Shown here: one piece after another, positions 30,485-39,848 of the stretch
Layout: the number at the start of each line of letters is the position of its first letter
Numbering within the stretch: the first letter of the stretch is position 1
Origin: an uncultured Candidatus Pelagibacter sp.
GTDB taxonomy: Bacteria > Pseudomonadota > Alphaproteobacteria > Pelagibacterales > Pelagibacteraceae
Reading direction: 5' to 3'
Length of the DNA stretch: 64,000 bases
NCBI GenBank assembly: GCA_905616395.1
Contig: CAJQSQ010000012.1
Location: forward strand, 14,188-78,187
The notes under the pieces: model-generated
The model's database searches: none
What the model was told of the DNA's origin: nothing
What the model saw: only the letters and a program-made list of their open reading frames with translations
Position numbers and translations under genes: made by a program

Positions 30485-31148
30485 AAAAATTTTTCTTTAG
30501 ATTGTTTTTTAAATATTCTTTATGAAGCCTAAGTTCTGCCTCTGATGGTTTAACTACTTTTTTATAGTACTGATTTACATCATTTGAGTTTATAACTATT
30601 TTTTCGTTATCTTCATTTTTAAAATTTAAAGTTGGCTCTTTTTGATCTAAAAGATTAATATACACTTTGGCTAGTAAACCGCAGTCAACAAGAGCGGTGT
30701 GCTGAGTTCGTTTTGAGTTATCTACTCGGTATCTTTTACACAAGGCATCAAGACTTATTGGAGAACCTGGGAATTTATCCCTGGCTAACGCAAGTGTATC
30801 TATAACATTTTCATTGTTTAATTTTTTCTTGCCTAGTAATGCTAATTCATTGTTTAAGTGGGATAGGTCAAATTCAGCGTTGTGTATGACAAGTCTTTTA
30901 TTTTCTATGAAATCCAAAAACTCATCAACTATTTCTGCAAACTTCTTTTGGGTAGATAAAAATTCATCGGTATAACCATGCACTTCTAGTGCTTTTTTAG
31001 AAACTTTTTTTTCAGGATTTAGATAACAGTGAAATCTATTTTTAGTCGGTATCAAATTTTCTAACTCAATACATCCAATTTCTACAATTCTATGTCCATC
31101 TCTAACGAATAGTCCTGTTGTTTCTGTATCTAGTATTACCTCTTTCAT
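30477..31148 (-). CDS. dnaQ: DNA polymerase III epsilon subunit
   Basis: LDTETTG, HNAEFD, SLDALC, HTALVD. Confidence 0.96.
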   Translation of the reverse strand: MKEVILDTETTGLFVRDGHRIVEIGCIELENLIPTKNRFHCYLNPEKKVSKKALEVHGYTDEFLSTQKKFAEIVDEFLDFIENKRLVIHNAEFDLSHLNNELALLGKKKLNNENVIDTLALARDKFPGSPISLDALCKRYRVDNSKRTQHTALVDCGLLAKVYINLLDQKEPTLNFKNEDNEKIVINSNDVNQYYKKVVKPSEAELRLHKEYLKNNLKKNFFN

Positions 31149-31149
31149 T

Positions 31150-31719
31150 TTATATAATTTCTTTTAGTATTTTTTTTACACTTATCTTAACGAGGTTGTT
31201 AGTAAAATTATTTTTAATAATATAGTTAGATTTTCTCTTTTTATAACTAAGTGGTAACTGTATTTTTTTAAATTGATTATATAAATTAAAATTAAAATTA
31301 ACTCTCTTTTTAAGTTTTTTTATAATATCACTTTTTTTTGATTGAATAAAAACTATGGTATCATTCTTATGATTTAACTTATTTTCTAATAAAAGTGGAA
31401 TATCTAAAACTACAGCTTTTCTTTTTTTGTTTTTTTTTAAAAAAATAGACAATCTTTTTCTAATTTCAGGGTGAATAATTTTTGTAATTTTTTTTAAATT
31501 TTTTTCACTATTCTCTATTGCATTTATAATTTGCATTTTATTTGCTGGAAATACTGAAAAATATTTAGGTAAATCTTTTTTTAATTTTTTAAAACAATTT
31601 TTGTTTGTTTTATATATTTCTGCAACCTCTAGATCAGCATTGAAAACTGGATAACCAAAAAAGTTAGCGATATGACTTTTTCCAGAACCAATATCTCCTA
31701 CCACTGCAATTCTAATCAT
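31150..31719 (-). CDS. coaE: Dephospho-CoA kinase
   Basis: GDIGSGKS, IIHPEI, LDIPLL. Confidence 0.92.
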   Translation of the reverse strand: MIRIAVVGDIGSGKSHIANFFGYPVFNADLEVAEIYKTNKNCFKKLKKDLPKYFSVFPANKMQIINAIENSEKNLKKITKIIHPEIRKRLSIFLKKNKKRKAVVLDIPLLLENKLNHKNDTIVFIQSKKSDIIKKLKKRVNFNFNLYNQFKKIQLPLSYKKRKSNYIIKNNFTNNLVKISVKKILKEII

Positions 31720-32513
31720 ACATCTAAAAGGTTAATTGTTTCACTGTCTATTTTTGGAATAACTTTATGCCAGATGAAAAAAGCTTTTTGAGCCTGATAA
31801 ATAAACATCATTTTACCATTTGTTGTTATTCCACCATACTTTTTTGCATTCTTTAAAAAATTTGTTTCTGGTGGATTATAAATTACATCATAAAAAAATT
31901 TGTCTTTGCTAATTTGTTGATAATTAATATTAATTTCATCTTCCTCTTTTAATCCAATACTTGTTGCATTTATGATTATATCAAAATCTAAAATATCTCC
32001 CCATTTAATTATTTCAATTTCTGGAAAGTTTTTCTTTTGTTCTATTGCTTTTAATTCTGTTCGGTTACTTAGATAAATTTTTCCAGCTTGCATTTTTTTA
32101 AGGGCAATAATAATTGAAGGGACAACCCCACCTGCCCCAAGTATTAGAGTTTTTTTATTTTTAGTTTCTAGCCCTGTTTCTTCTAAACCAAGTTTAAAAC
32201 CCTCTATATCAGTATTATCACCTATAATTTTATTATCTTTTTTATAGATTGTGTTTACTGATTGAGAAATTTCTGCTTCCTCACTTAACTCATCTAAGAA
32301 AGGTATAACCATCTTTTTAAATGGTACTGTTACATTTAACCCATGAATTTTTTCTTCCCTAATATTAAAAATTAAATCTTCTATCTCATTATTATTTAAA
32401 AGTTTTTTTTCATAAGCTGCATCAATTTTATATTTTTTGATCCAATAATTATGTAGTTTTGGCGATAGGCTATGATCAATTGGATTTCCTATAACTAAAA
32501 ATTTTTTTTTCAT
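31716..32513 (-). CDS. aroE: Shikimate dehydrogenase
   Basis: GNPIDHSLSP, NVTVPFK, SVNT, NTD, GAGG, INATS, DVIYNP. Confidence 0.95.
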   Translation of the reverse strand: MKKKFLVIGNPIDHSLSPKLHNYWIKKYKIDAAYEKKLLNNNEIEDLIFNIREEKIHGLNVTVPFKKMVIPFLDELSEEAEISQSVNTIYKKDNKIIGDNTDIEGFKLGLEETGLETKNKKTLILGAGGVVPSIIIALKKMQAGKIYLSNRTELKAIEQKKNFPEIEIIKWGDILDFDIIINATSIGLKEEDEININYQQISKDKFFYDVIYNPPETNFLKNAKKYGGITTNGKMMFIYQAQKAFFIWHKVIPKIDSETINLLDV

Positions 32514-33097
32514 TTTATAATATTAAGATATTCTTTAATTTTTTTAACTGGAAGGCCCATGATCGTATCTTCATCCCCTTCTATTTTTGAAAATAAATTT
32601 CTTCCTTCTCCTTCAATTTGATAAACATTATAAGCATAGAGGTCCTCATCAGAAATTTTTTTTAAGTAATTCTCTAGTTCCAAAAGGGTCATATTTTTCA
32701 TAGTTAATGAGGCTTTATCTGTGTAATTCCATATCATTGATCCGCCTCTTGAAATACAAACTGAACTTATCAATTGATGAGTTTTTCCATTCATCCTTTT
32801 TAGTATTTCTAGTGCCTCTGCTCTATTGATTGGCTTTGATATTATTTCACCTTCTAAATCTATTACACTGTCTGCTCCAAGCACCATTTCCTCTATAAAT
32901 TTTTGGCTAATTTTATTAGCTTTTAATTTTGCTAAATTTTTTGAAATAATTGTTGGCGATGCCCTTTGTTTTAGTAGACTTTCTTTTACACTATCCTCAT
33001 CCACATTGGATGGCTCTATTTTACATTGAATATTATTTTCTTCTAAGATTTTTTTCCTAACACCACTTTTTGATGCAAGTATAATTTCTTTAACCAT
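32510..33097 (-). CDS. maf: Maf family nucleotide pyrophosphatase
   Basis: ILASKS..R, LAKLKA, VLGADS, IMGLP. Confidence 0.9.
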   Translation of the reverse strand: MVKEIILASKSGVRKKILEENNIQCKIEPSNVDEDSVKESLLKQRASPTIISKNLAKLKANKISQKFIEEMVLGADSVIDLEGEIISKPINRAEALEILKRMNGKTHQLISSVCISRGGSMIWNYTDKASLTMKNMTLLELENYLKKISDEDLYAYNVYQIEGEGRNLFSKIEGDEDTIMGLPVKKIKEYLNIIK

Positions 33098-33914
33098 TAT
33101 TTTTATTTATTTCATATATCTTAATTATAGATGCTGCAGTTTCTTCTACTGATTTTCTGGTAACATCAATTGTTGGCCATTTGTATTTGATAAATGTTTT
33201 TTTAGCATCGTTAATTTCTTTTTCTATTTTATTAATATTTGTATAGTTTGTGTTTTCTTTTTCTTTAAGAGCATTCATTCTATTTTTTCTAATATCAACT
33301 AGCCGCTGAGGTTCAGTTGTTAAGCCAACTACACAAGAAAGTTTTGGATTTTTCTTTAAAATTTCTGGTATTGATTGTTCATTCACTAAAGGAATGTTTA
33401 AGGTTTTATAACCTTTGTTTGCTAAGTAAATTGATGTTGGTGTTTTGCTTGTTCTGCTTACCCCTAATAATATCAAGTCTGCTTTATCTATATCTTCAAC
33501 AAGGTTTCCATCATCATGTGCCATAGTAAATTGGATAGCTTCAATTCTTTCATAATATTCTTCATTCAAAGCATGTTGTCCACTTGGGACGTGAGATGCC
33601 TTTTGATTTAAAAGTTTAGAAAAATTCATTATTAAATTTCCCAAAACACTGAAGCATGGAATTTTTTTTTCATCTCCTTTGCTTGCTAAAAATTTTGCAA
33701 GAGAAGTATCAACAATTGTATATAAAATTATTGCATTATCATTTTTTTTTGCTTCTTCCATTATTTTGGAAACTTGATTTTCTGTTCTTGTAAAAAAATA
33801 AGATTTAATATCGTATTCTATGTTTTTAAATTGAGCTTTAATTGCTAAAAACACTCTATCCAGAGTCTCTCCAGTGGAGTCAGAAATAAGGTATATTTGA
33901 TATGTATTACTCAT
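33090..33914 (-). CDS. PEP synthase/pyruvate phosphate dikinase regulatory protein (DUF299)
   Basis: ISDSTGET, EAIQFTMAHDDG, GVSRTSKTPTSIYLA, IDVTRKSVEETA. Confidence 0.93.
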   Translation of the reverse strand: MSNTYQIYLISDSTGETLDRVFLAIKAQFKNIEYDIKSYFFTRTENQVSKIMEEAKKNDNAIILYTIVDTSLAKFLASKGDEKKIPCFSVLGNLIMNFSKLLNQKASHVPSGQHALNEEYYERIEAIQFTMAHDDGNLVEDIDKADLILLGVSRTSKTPTSIYLANKGYKTLNIPLVNEQSIPEILKKNPKLSCVVGLTTEPQRLVDIRKNRMNALKEKENTNYTNINKIEKEINDAKKTFIKYKWPTIDVTRKSVEETAASIIKIYEINKNNG

Positions 33915-34198
33915 GTATTAAAAGTTGATATTTAAGTATTATTTTTATCATTTTTTAAAATAATGATGTTTTTTATTTTTCAGTGTAAAAACTCGGTTTT
34001 ATTAACATTAATAAACATGTGAACTATTAATATACATTTTATCTAATAAAATTAAATAAAGGCCTAATTTATAAAATATAATTCACTTCTATAAATTATT
34101 AATTGTTAATAAATCATGTATAAAATGTGTAAAACAATTAATTACCAATATTCACATACTATATAACTAATACTATAATTAAATATTTACTTATTATT
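33915..34198. other. Candidate replication origin oriC
   Basis: Longest core intergenic region, very AT-rich, between DUF299 and hemE as in many alphaproteobacteria; DnaA-box-like 9-mers TGTGTAAAA (34126-34134, exact TTWTNCACA on minus strand), TGTATAAAA (34117-34125), TGTTAATAA (34104-34112), ATATTCACA (34148-34156). Confidence 0.65.
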
Positions 34199-35200
34199 AT
34201 GACACCCATTCAAGAAACCATAATAAACAAAAAGACAACTAATTCTCCAATATGGTTAATGAGACAAGCAGGTAGGTATCTTCCAGAGTTTAGGGAAATT
34301 CGAAAATTAAATCCAGACTTTATCAATTTGTGTTTGAATGAAAATTTATCATCAGAGATTACTCTACAACCTTTAAAAAGATTTGACTTAGATGCAGCAA
34401 TAATTTTTTCAGATATTTTAATGTTACCGTATGGGTTAAATCAGAAAGTAGAATTTAAAAAAGACTTTGGCCCACAACTTGGCTCTTTAGATTTAAATGA
34501 TATCTCCAGGGTTGATGAAATTGATTTTATAGAAAAATTATATCCGGTTTATAAATCAATTAAAAAAGTAAGTGAAAATAGTTTAGTTAAAAATAAAAAT
34601 GTAATAGGATTTGTCGGAGCACCGTGGACATTATTAGTTTATATGATTAATAAACATTCACCAAAAAAAGAATTAATAAAAGATTTTTTCAAAGATGAAT
34701 TTTTAATAAATAGGATTTTAATAATTTTAGAAAAATTTTTAAAATTACATATTGACCAGCAAATAAAAAATGGTGCAACTGTTATTCAAATTTTCGATAG
34801 CTGGGCTGGCTTGTTAGAAGAAAAAGATTTACCAAACTATGTTTATATTCCAACACTAAATTTAGTTGATTATGTAAAATCATTGAACGTACCAGTAATT
34901 TGTTTTCCAAGAGGAGTGAAAAACTATAAAAATTATTGTGATATTGTTAAACCCGATGCTGTCAATATCGACTATGATGTAAATCCCGTTTCTATATGTA
35001 AAGAGATTAATATACCCGTTCAAGGAGGACTTGATCCAAAGATATTATTAACTGATAAAGAAAATTTAAAAAAAGAAACAAAAAGATATTTAGATGTATT
35101 CAAAGATCATCCGTATATCTTTAATTTAGGGCACGGCGTATTGCCCCAAACAGATCCTAACATGGTGGATTATTTAGTGAAGATGGTAAAAGATTATTAA
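34199..35200 (+). CDS. hemE: Uroporphyrinogen decarboxylase
   Basis: WLMRQAGRYLPE, AAIIFSDIL, GFVGAPWTL, IQIFDSW, FNLGHG. Confidence 0.96.
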   Translation: MTPIQETIINKKTTNSPIWLMRQAGRYLPEFREIRKLNPDFINLCLNENLSSEITLQPLKRFDLDAAIIFSDILMLPYGLNQKVEFKKDFGPQLGSLDLNDISRVDEIDFIEKLYPVYKSIKKVSENSLVKNKNVIGFVGAPWTLLVYMINKHSPKKELIKDFFKDEFLINRILIILEKFLKLHIDQQIKNGATVIQIFDSWAGLLEEKDLPNYVYIPTLNLVDYVKSLNVPVICFPRGVKNYKNYCDIVKPDAVNIDYDVNPVSICKEINIPVQGGLDPKILLTDKENLKKETKRYLDVFKDHPYIFNLGHGVLPQTDPNMVDYLVKMVKDY

Positions 35201-35239
35201 ATTAAAGATTAAAACAATATTTATAAAAACCTATTTATT

Positions 35240-36358
35240 ATGACACAACAGTACACGCACCCTAAAAGAAAAACAAAAGTTGTATTTGTTCAGCTTGGAT
35301 CACCTTCCGAGCCAACAACTAAAGCACTAAGAAAATATCTTCGTGCATTTTTAGGTGATCCAAGAGTTGTTGATATAAATCCATGGATTTGGAAAATAAT
35401 TTTAAATTTTTTTGTGTTACCTTTCAGACCACAAAAGTCTGCAAAACTTTATGCAAGAATCTGGGATGGAGAAAGTTTTCCACTGATAACTAACACAAGA
35501 GATTTTACAAAAAATGTAAGTGAGGAATTAAAGAAAATTGATCCAGAAGGTTATGTTGAAGTAAATCATGCTTTTCTTTTATCACCTCCGTACGTAAATG
35601 AAGTTTACGATGATTGGGAGGATGATTTAAAAAAAGGTATTGGCGCTACAAAACTATTAGTTATACCAATGTTCCCTCAGTACTCAGAGGCTACAATAGC
35701 TTCAGGCATAGATGCGTTGGCAAAAGAGTTGTCGAAGAGAGTAAAAATACCGACCTTCGAAGTCATCACGAACTTTCACAGGACACATGCCTTCATTGAT
35801 AATTCTGTAAATCAAGTTGACTCAAAATTAAATGAATTAATAAATCAAGGAAAGAAAATCGATAGTTTAGTAATAACTTTTCACGGAATGCAAAAAAGAC
35901 GAGTTGTCAGTAAAGGTGATGACTACTATAGACATTGCTTCGAAACATTTAATCTTATTACTAATAATCTAAAAAATATTAAGCCAGAACAGTGCATGAT
36001 GAGTTTTCAAAGTCGCTTCGGTTCTGAGGAATGGATAACACCTTACACGGAAGACGTAATTAAAAAATTAATTTCTGAAGGTAAGAAAGAAATTGTAATA
36101 TATTCTCCAAGTTTTGTTGCAGACTGTCTCGAAACCACCGATGAATTAGGTCATGAACTAGTAAATGATGCAAAAGAATGGGGCGGCAATGTCCATCCAG
36201 TAGAATGTCTTAATACCAACAAAGACTGGTGTAAAGATTTTGCAAAATACACCTTCACACAAGCAGAGGGCTCAGCACAAGATAAAGAGGATATAGAATA
36301 CCAAGTTGAAAAAAAATATTATCAGAAAATGCCACAACAAATAATGAATAAAAAATAG
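35240..36358 (+). CDS. hemH: Ferrochelatase (atypical, probably xenologous)
   Basis: QLGSP, FLGDPRVV, PMFPQYS, TFHG, FQSRFG..W..PYT, FVADCLET. Confidence 0.93.
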   Translation: MTQQYTHPKRKTKVVFVQLGSPSEPTTKALRKYLRAFLGDPRVVDINPWIWKIILNFFVLPFRPQKSAKLYARIWDGESFPLITNTRDFTKNVSEELKKIDPEGYVEVNHAFLLSPPYVNEVYDDWEDDLKKGIGATKLLVIPMFPQYSEATIASGIDALAKELSKRVKIPTFEVITNFHRTHAFIDNSVNQVDSKLNELINQGKKIDSLVITFHGMQKRRVVSKGDDYYRHCFETFNLITNNLKNIKPEQCMMSFQSRFGSEEWITPYTEDVIKKLISEGKKEIVIYSPSFVADCLETTDELGHELVNDAKEWGGNVHPVECLNTNKDWCKDFAKYTFTQAEGSAQDKEDIEYQVEKKYYQKMPQQIMNKK

Positions 36359-36369
36359 TAACAATTAAA

Positions 36370-36897
36370 ATGTCTGGTTCTTTAATAATTTACTCAAGCA
36401 CAGATGGTCAAACAAAAATTATTTGTGAAAAAATAAAAAACTTTTCAAAAAATAGTGAATCTATAAAATTAATCTCTCTAGAAGAAGCACATGATTTTAA
36501 TCTTCAGTCTTATGAAGATATTATAATTGGAGCAAGCATCAGGTATGGGAAGCATAATAAAAATTTATATAAATTTATTTCTTCAAACAAAGAAACACTT
36601 GAAAAAAAAAGAAGCACTTTCTTTTCGGTAAATGTTGTTGCAAGAAAACCAGAAAAAAATACTCCAGAAACAAATCCTTATATGAAAAAATTTTTAAAAA
36701 TTTCAAATTGGAAACCTGATAAGCTAGGTGTGTTTGCTGGCAAAGTTAATTATCCAAATTATGGTTTTTTTGATAAATATATAATTAGACTTATAATGTT
36801 TATAACTAAAGGCCCAACAGACACCTCAAAGTCCTTTGAGTTTACTGACTGGTCTAAAGTAGAGGATTTTGCTAGAGAACTAAATTTAAGTTCTTAA
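36370..36897 (+). CDS. hemG: Flavodoxin-type (menaquinone-dependent) protoporphyrinogen IX dehydrogenase
   Basis: YSSTDGQTKIIC, GASIRYGKH, FFSVNVVARK, NPYMKKF, EFTDW. Confidence 0.92.
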   Translation: MSGSLIIYSSTDGQTKIICEKIKNFSKNSESIKLISLEEAHDFNLQSYEDIIIGASIRYGKHNKNLYKFISSNKETLEKKRSTFFSVNVVARKPEKNTPETNPYMKKFLKISNWKPDKLGVFAGKVNYPNYGFFDKYIIRLIMFITKGPTDTSKSFEFTDWSKVEDFARELNLSS

Positions 36898-37017
36898 ATA
36901 CTCTATAAAATGCCCTATTTTATTGAGTTTTAAAGAGCACCGAGATCTATGCTTGTAATAGTTTAAAGAGTATATATATTTATCTCATCTTACAAAAATT
37001 TTAAACCCCCCCTACTC

Positions 37018-38286
37018 ATGAATATACAAGAACTTAAATTAAAATCATCTGAACAATTAATCACACAAGCAGAAGAGCTTGGTATTGAAAATGCTAGCAC
37101 ACTTAGAAAGCAAGAAATTTTATTTGCTATATTAAAAAAAGTTGCAGAAAAAGAAGAGATAACAGGAGCTGGAGTTTTGCAATTATTACAAGACGGATTT
37201 GGTTTTTTAAGAGCAATGGAATCAAATTATTTAGCTGGACCAGATGATATTTATGTTAGCCCAAGTCAGATAAGAAAATTTGGTTTGAGAACAGGAGACA
37301 CGGTTGAAGGTCCTGTAAGAGCACCCAAAGAAGGAGAAAGATATTTTGCATTACTACAAGTAGAAAAAATAAATTTTGAAGAGCCAGAAAAAGCTCGTCA
37401 CAAAATTGCGTTTGATAATTTAACTCCACTCTACCCAGATAAACAAATGGTGATGGAAGTTGAGACAACTAAGATTGAAAAAAAACCAGATTTAACCCCA
37501 AGATTAATTGACCTTGTAAGCCCAATTGGTAAAGGTCAAAGATCGATAATTATTTCACCTCCTAAAGCTGGTAAGACAATGATCTTACAAAGTATTGCAA
37601 ATTCAATTGCTAAAAACTATCCAGAAAGTTACTTGATGGTTTTATTAATTGATGAGAGACCTGAAGAAGTAACAGATATGAAAAGAACAGTTAAAGGGGA
37701 AGTTATCAGCTCTACATTTGATGAGCCCGCTTCAAGACATGTTGCTGTTGCTGAAATGGTAATCGAAAAAGCAAAAAGATTAACAGAGCATAAAAAAGAC
37801 GTAGTAATTTTATTAGACTCAATAACAAGGTTGGGTAGAGCTTATAATGCTGTGATACCAAGTTCTGGAAAAGTTTTAACAGGTGGTGTTGATGCAAATG
37901 CATTGCAAAGACCAAAAAGATTTTTTGGTGCTGCAAGAAATATTGAAGAAGGTGGATCTTTAACAATCATCTCAACAGCGTTGATTGATACAGGATCAAG
38001 AATGGATGAAGTTATTTTTGAAGAATTTAAAGGAACTGGAAATAGTGAAACAGTTCTGGATAGAAAAATTGCCGAAAGAAGAATTTATCCAGCAATCGAT
38101 ATAACTAAATCTGGAACAAGAAGAGAAGAATTATTGTTTGATAAAGATGATCTTTCAAAAATGAATGTGCTAAGAAGAATTATTAGTCCAATGGGAACAA
38201 TGGATGCTATTGAATTTATTAATTCAAAACTTAAAGAAACAAAAAGTAATGCAGATTTCTTTAGCTCAATGAATAAACCAGCTTAG
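37018..38286 (+). CDS. rho: Transcription termination factor Rho
   Basis: [40 protein letters not shown]. Confidence 0.98.
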   Translation: MNIQELKLKSSEQLITQAEELGIENASTLRKQEILFAILKKVAEKEEITGAGVLQLLQDGFGFLRAMESNYLAGPDDIYVSPSQIRKFGLRTGDTVEGPVRAPKEGERYFALLQVEKINFEEPEKARHKIAFDNLTPLYPDKQMVMEVETTKIEKKPDLTPRLIDLVSPIGKGQRSIIISPPKAGKTMILQSIANSIAKNYPESYLMVLLIDERPEEVTDMKRTVKGEVISSTFDEPASRHVAVAEMVIEKAKRLTEHKKDVVILLDSITRLGRAYNAVIPSSGKVLTGGVDANALQRPKRFFGAARNIEEGGSLTIISTALIDTGSRMDEVIFEEFKGTGNSETVLDRKIAERRIYPAIDITKSGTRREELLFDKDDLSKMNVLRRIISPMGTMDAIEFINSKLKETKSNADFFSSMNKPA

Positions 38287-38351
38287 TACAAATCTCCTAC
38301 CAATTAATTTAAAGTTTTACAGAACTACAAAATTGAAGCTATAATATTAGC

Positions 38352-39683
38352 ATGACAATTTATGCTCTTTCCACTGGTCCAGGAATTTCTGGAATAGCTA
38401 TTGTTAGAGTTTCTGGAGAAGACACTAAAAAAGTTATAAAACTATTAACCAATGAGGCACTTCCAGAGCCAAGAGTTGCGACATTAAGAAAAATCAATAA
38501 AATCAACACTTCTGAGCTTATTGATGAAGGCATAATACTGTGGTTTCCTGGCCCTGAGAGCTACACTGGTGAGGATATGGTTGAATTTCATATACATGGC
38601 AGCAAAGCAGTAATTGATGCTCTACATGCCTCCATTTCAGAAGTAGAGAATTGCAGACTAGCCGAGCCGGGTGAGTTTACAAAATTGGCGTTTCAAAATG
38701 GAAAAATAAATTTACTGAAAGCAGAAAGTATTGCAGATTTAATTTCAGCAGAAACTGAAATTCAAAGACAGCAGGCAATAAAAATAATGAACGGAAAGTC
38801 AGCTGATAAATTTAATAGCTTAAGAGAAAAACTTTTAAAAATTTTATCACACGTCGAAGCAAAAATAGATTTTCCAGACGAGGATTTACCAGAAGATATT
38901 TTCAAGAATATAAAAAAAATTTCTAATGAAGTAATTTTAAATATAAAAAAAATTTTAGATGATCAAAAAGTTGGTGAAAGAATTAGAGAAGGTTTTAAGA
39001 TTGCAATCATAGGCCCAACCAATGCTGGAAAGTCTAGTTTGTTAAATCACCTTTCAAATCGTGATGCAGCAATCGTTTCAGAAATAGCCGGAACAACAAG
39101 AGACGTAATCGAGACGCACTTAAACATTGATGGCTATCCAGTGGTAGTTTCCGATACTGCAGGAATTAGAGATTCTAAAGATGAAATAGAAAAAAAAGGA
39201 ATAAAATTAGCTCTTGATAAGGCAGAAAATGCAGACCTAAAGTTGATTGTTATAGATGCTAAAAGTATTGATTTTAAAGGAGTTTTGAAGGAATTGATGA
39301 ATGAAAATGCAATACTTGTGATTAATAAATCTGATCTTCTAAAAGAAGATTTAAATTCTGAAATAAAAAATTATGAACATGTCTTAATTTCAGTAAAAAA
39401 CAATCTCAACTTAGAAGATTTAATTTTAAAAATTAAAAACAAATTAAAAAATAAATTTATCACAAGTGATGATATTTTAATTACACGTGAAAGGCACAGG
39501 CAACATCTTGAACAAAGTTTCAATTATTTAAAAAACTTTGAAGAAAAAAATGAAGCTGAAGATTTTGATAAAGCTGCTGAAGATCTTCGTTTAGCAACTC
39601 GACATTTAGGAATGATTGTTGGAAAAGTAGACGTTGAGGAGATATTAGGTAGTATTTTCAATGATTTTTGTATTGGTAAATAG
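38352..39683 (+). CDS. mnmE: tRNA modification GTPase
   Basis: SYTGED, GPTNAGKSS, GTTRD, DTAG, NKSD, C-terminal FCIGK. Confidence 0.97.
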   Translation: MTIYALSTGPGISGIAIVRVSGEDTKKVIKLLTNEALPEPRVATLRKINKINTSELIDEGIILWFPGPESYTGEDMVEFHIHGSKAVIDALHASISEVENCRLAEPGEFTKLAFQNGKINLLKAESIADLISAETEIQRQQAIKIMNGKSADKFNSLREKLLKILSHVEAKIDFPDEDLPEDIFKNIKKISNEVILNIKKILDDQKVGERIREGFKIAIIGPTNAGKSSLLNHLSNRDAAIVSEIAGTTRDVIETHLNIDGYPVVVSDTAGIRDSKDEIEKKGIKLALDKAENADLKLIVIDAKSIDFKGVLKELMNENAILVINKSDLLKEDLNSEIKNYEHVLISVKNNLNLEDLILKIKNKLKNKFITSDDILITRERHRQHLEQSFNYLKNFEEKNEAEDFDKAAEDLRLATRHLGMIVGKVDVEEILGSIFNDFCIGK

Positions 39684-39848
39684 TCGTCATTTTAAGGGGT
39701 TTTTTAGCTTATTTTTATCATTTTTGTTGATAACCATAACTAATTCGTCAATTTTAATCATAAAAATGTAGCCACGATTATCTTAACAAGTATTTCTTAA
39801 AAAATACTGTCTACTTGTAAATATTCATATCAGTTATAAATTTAAGTT

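Noticed and set aside
33915-34198. CtrA binding boxes in the candidate origin
   Set aside because: Manual check found no exact TTAA-N7-TTAA; TTAA half-sites are ubiquitous at this AT content.
39479-39494. parS-like AATTACACGTGAAAGG in mnmE
   Set aside because: Four mismatches in the outer arms; explained by the conserved ITRERH coding motif.
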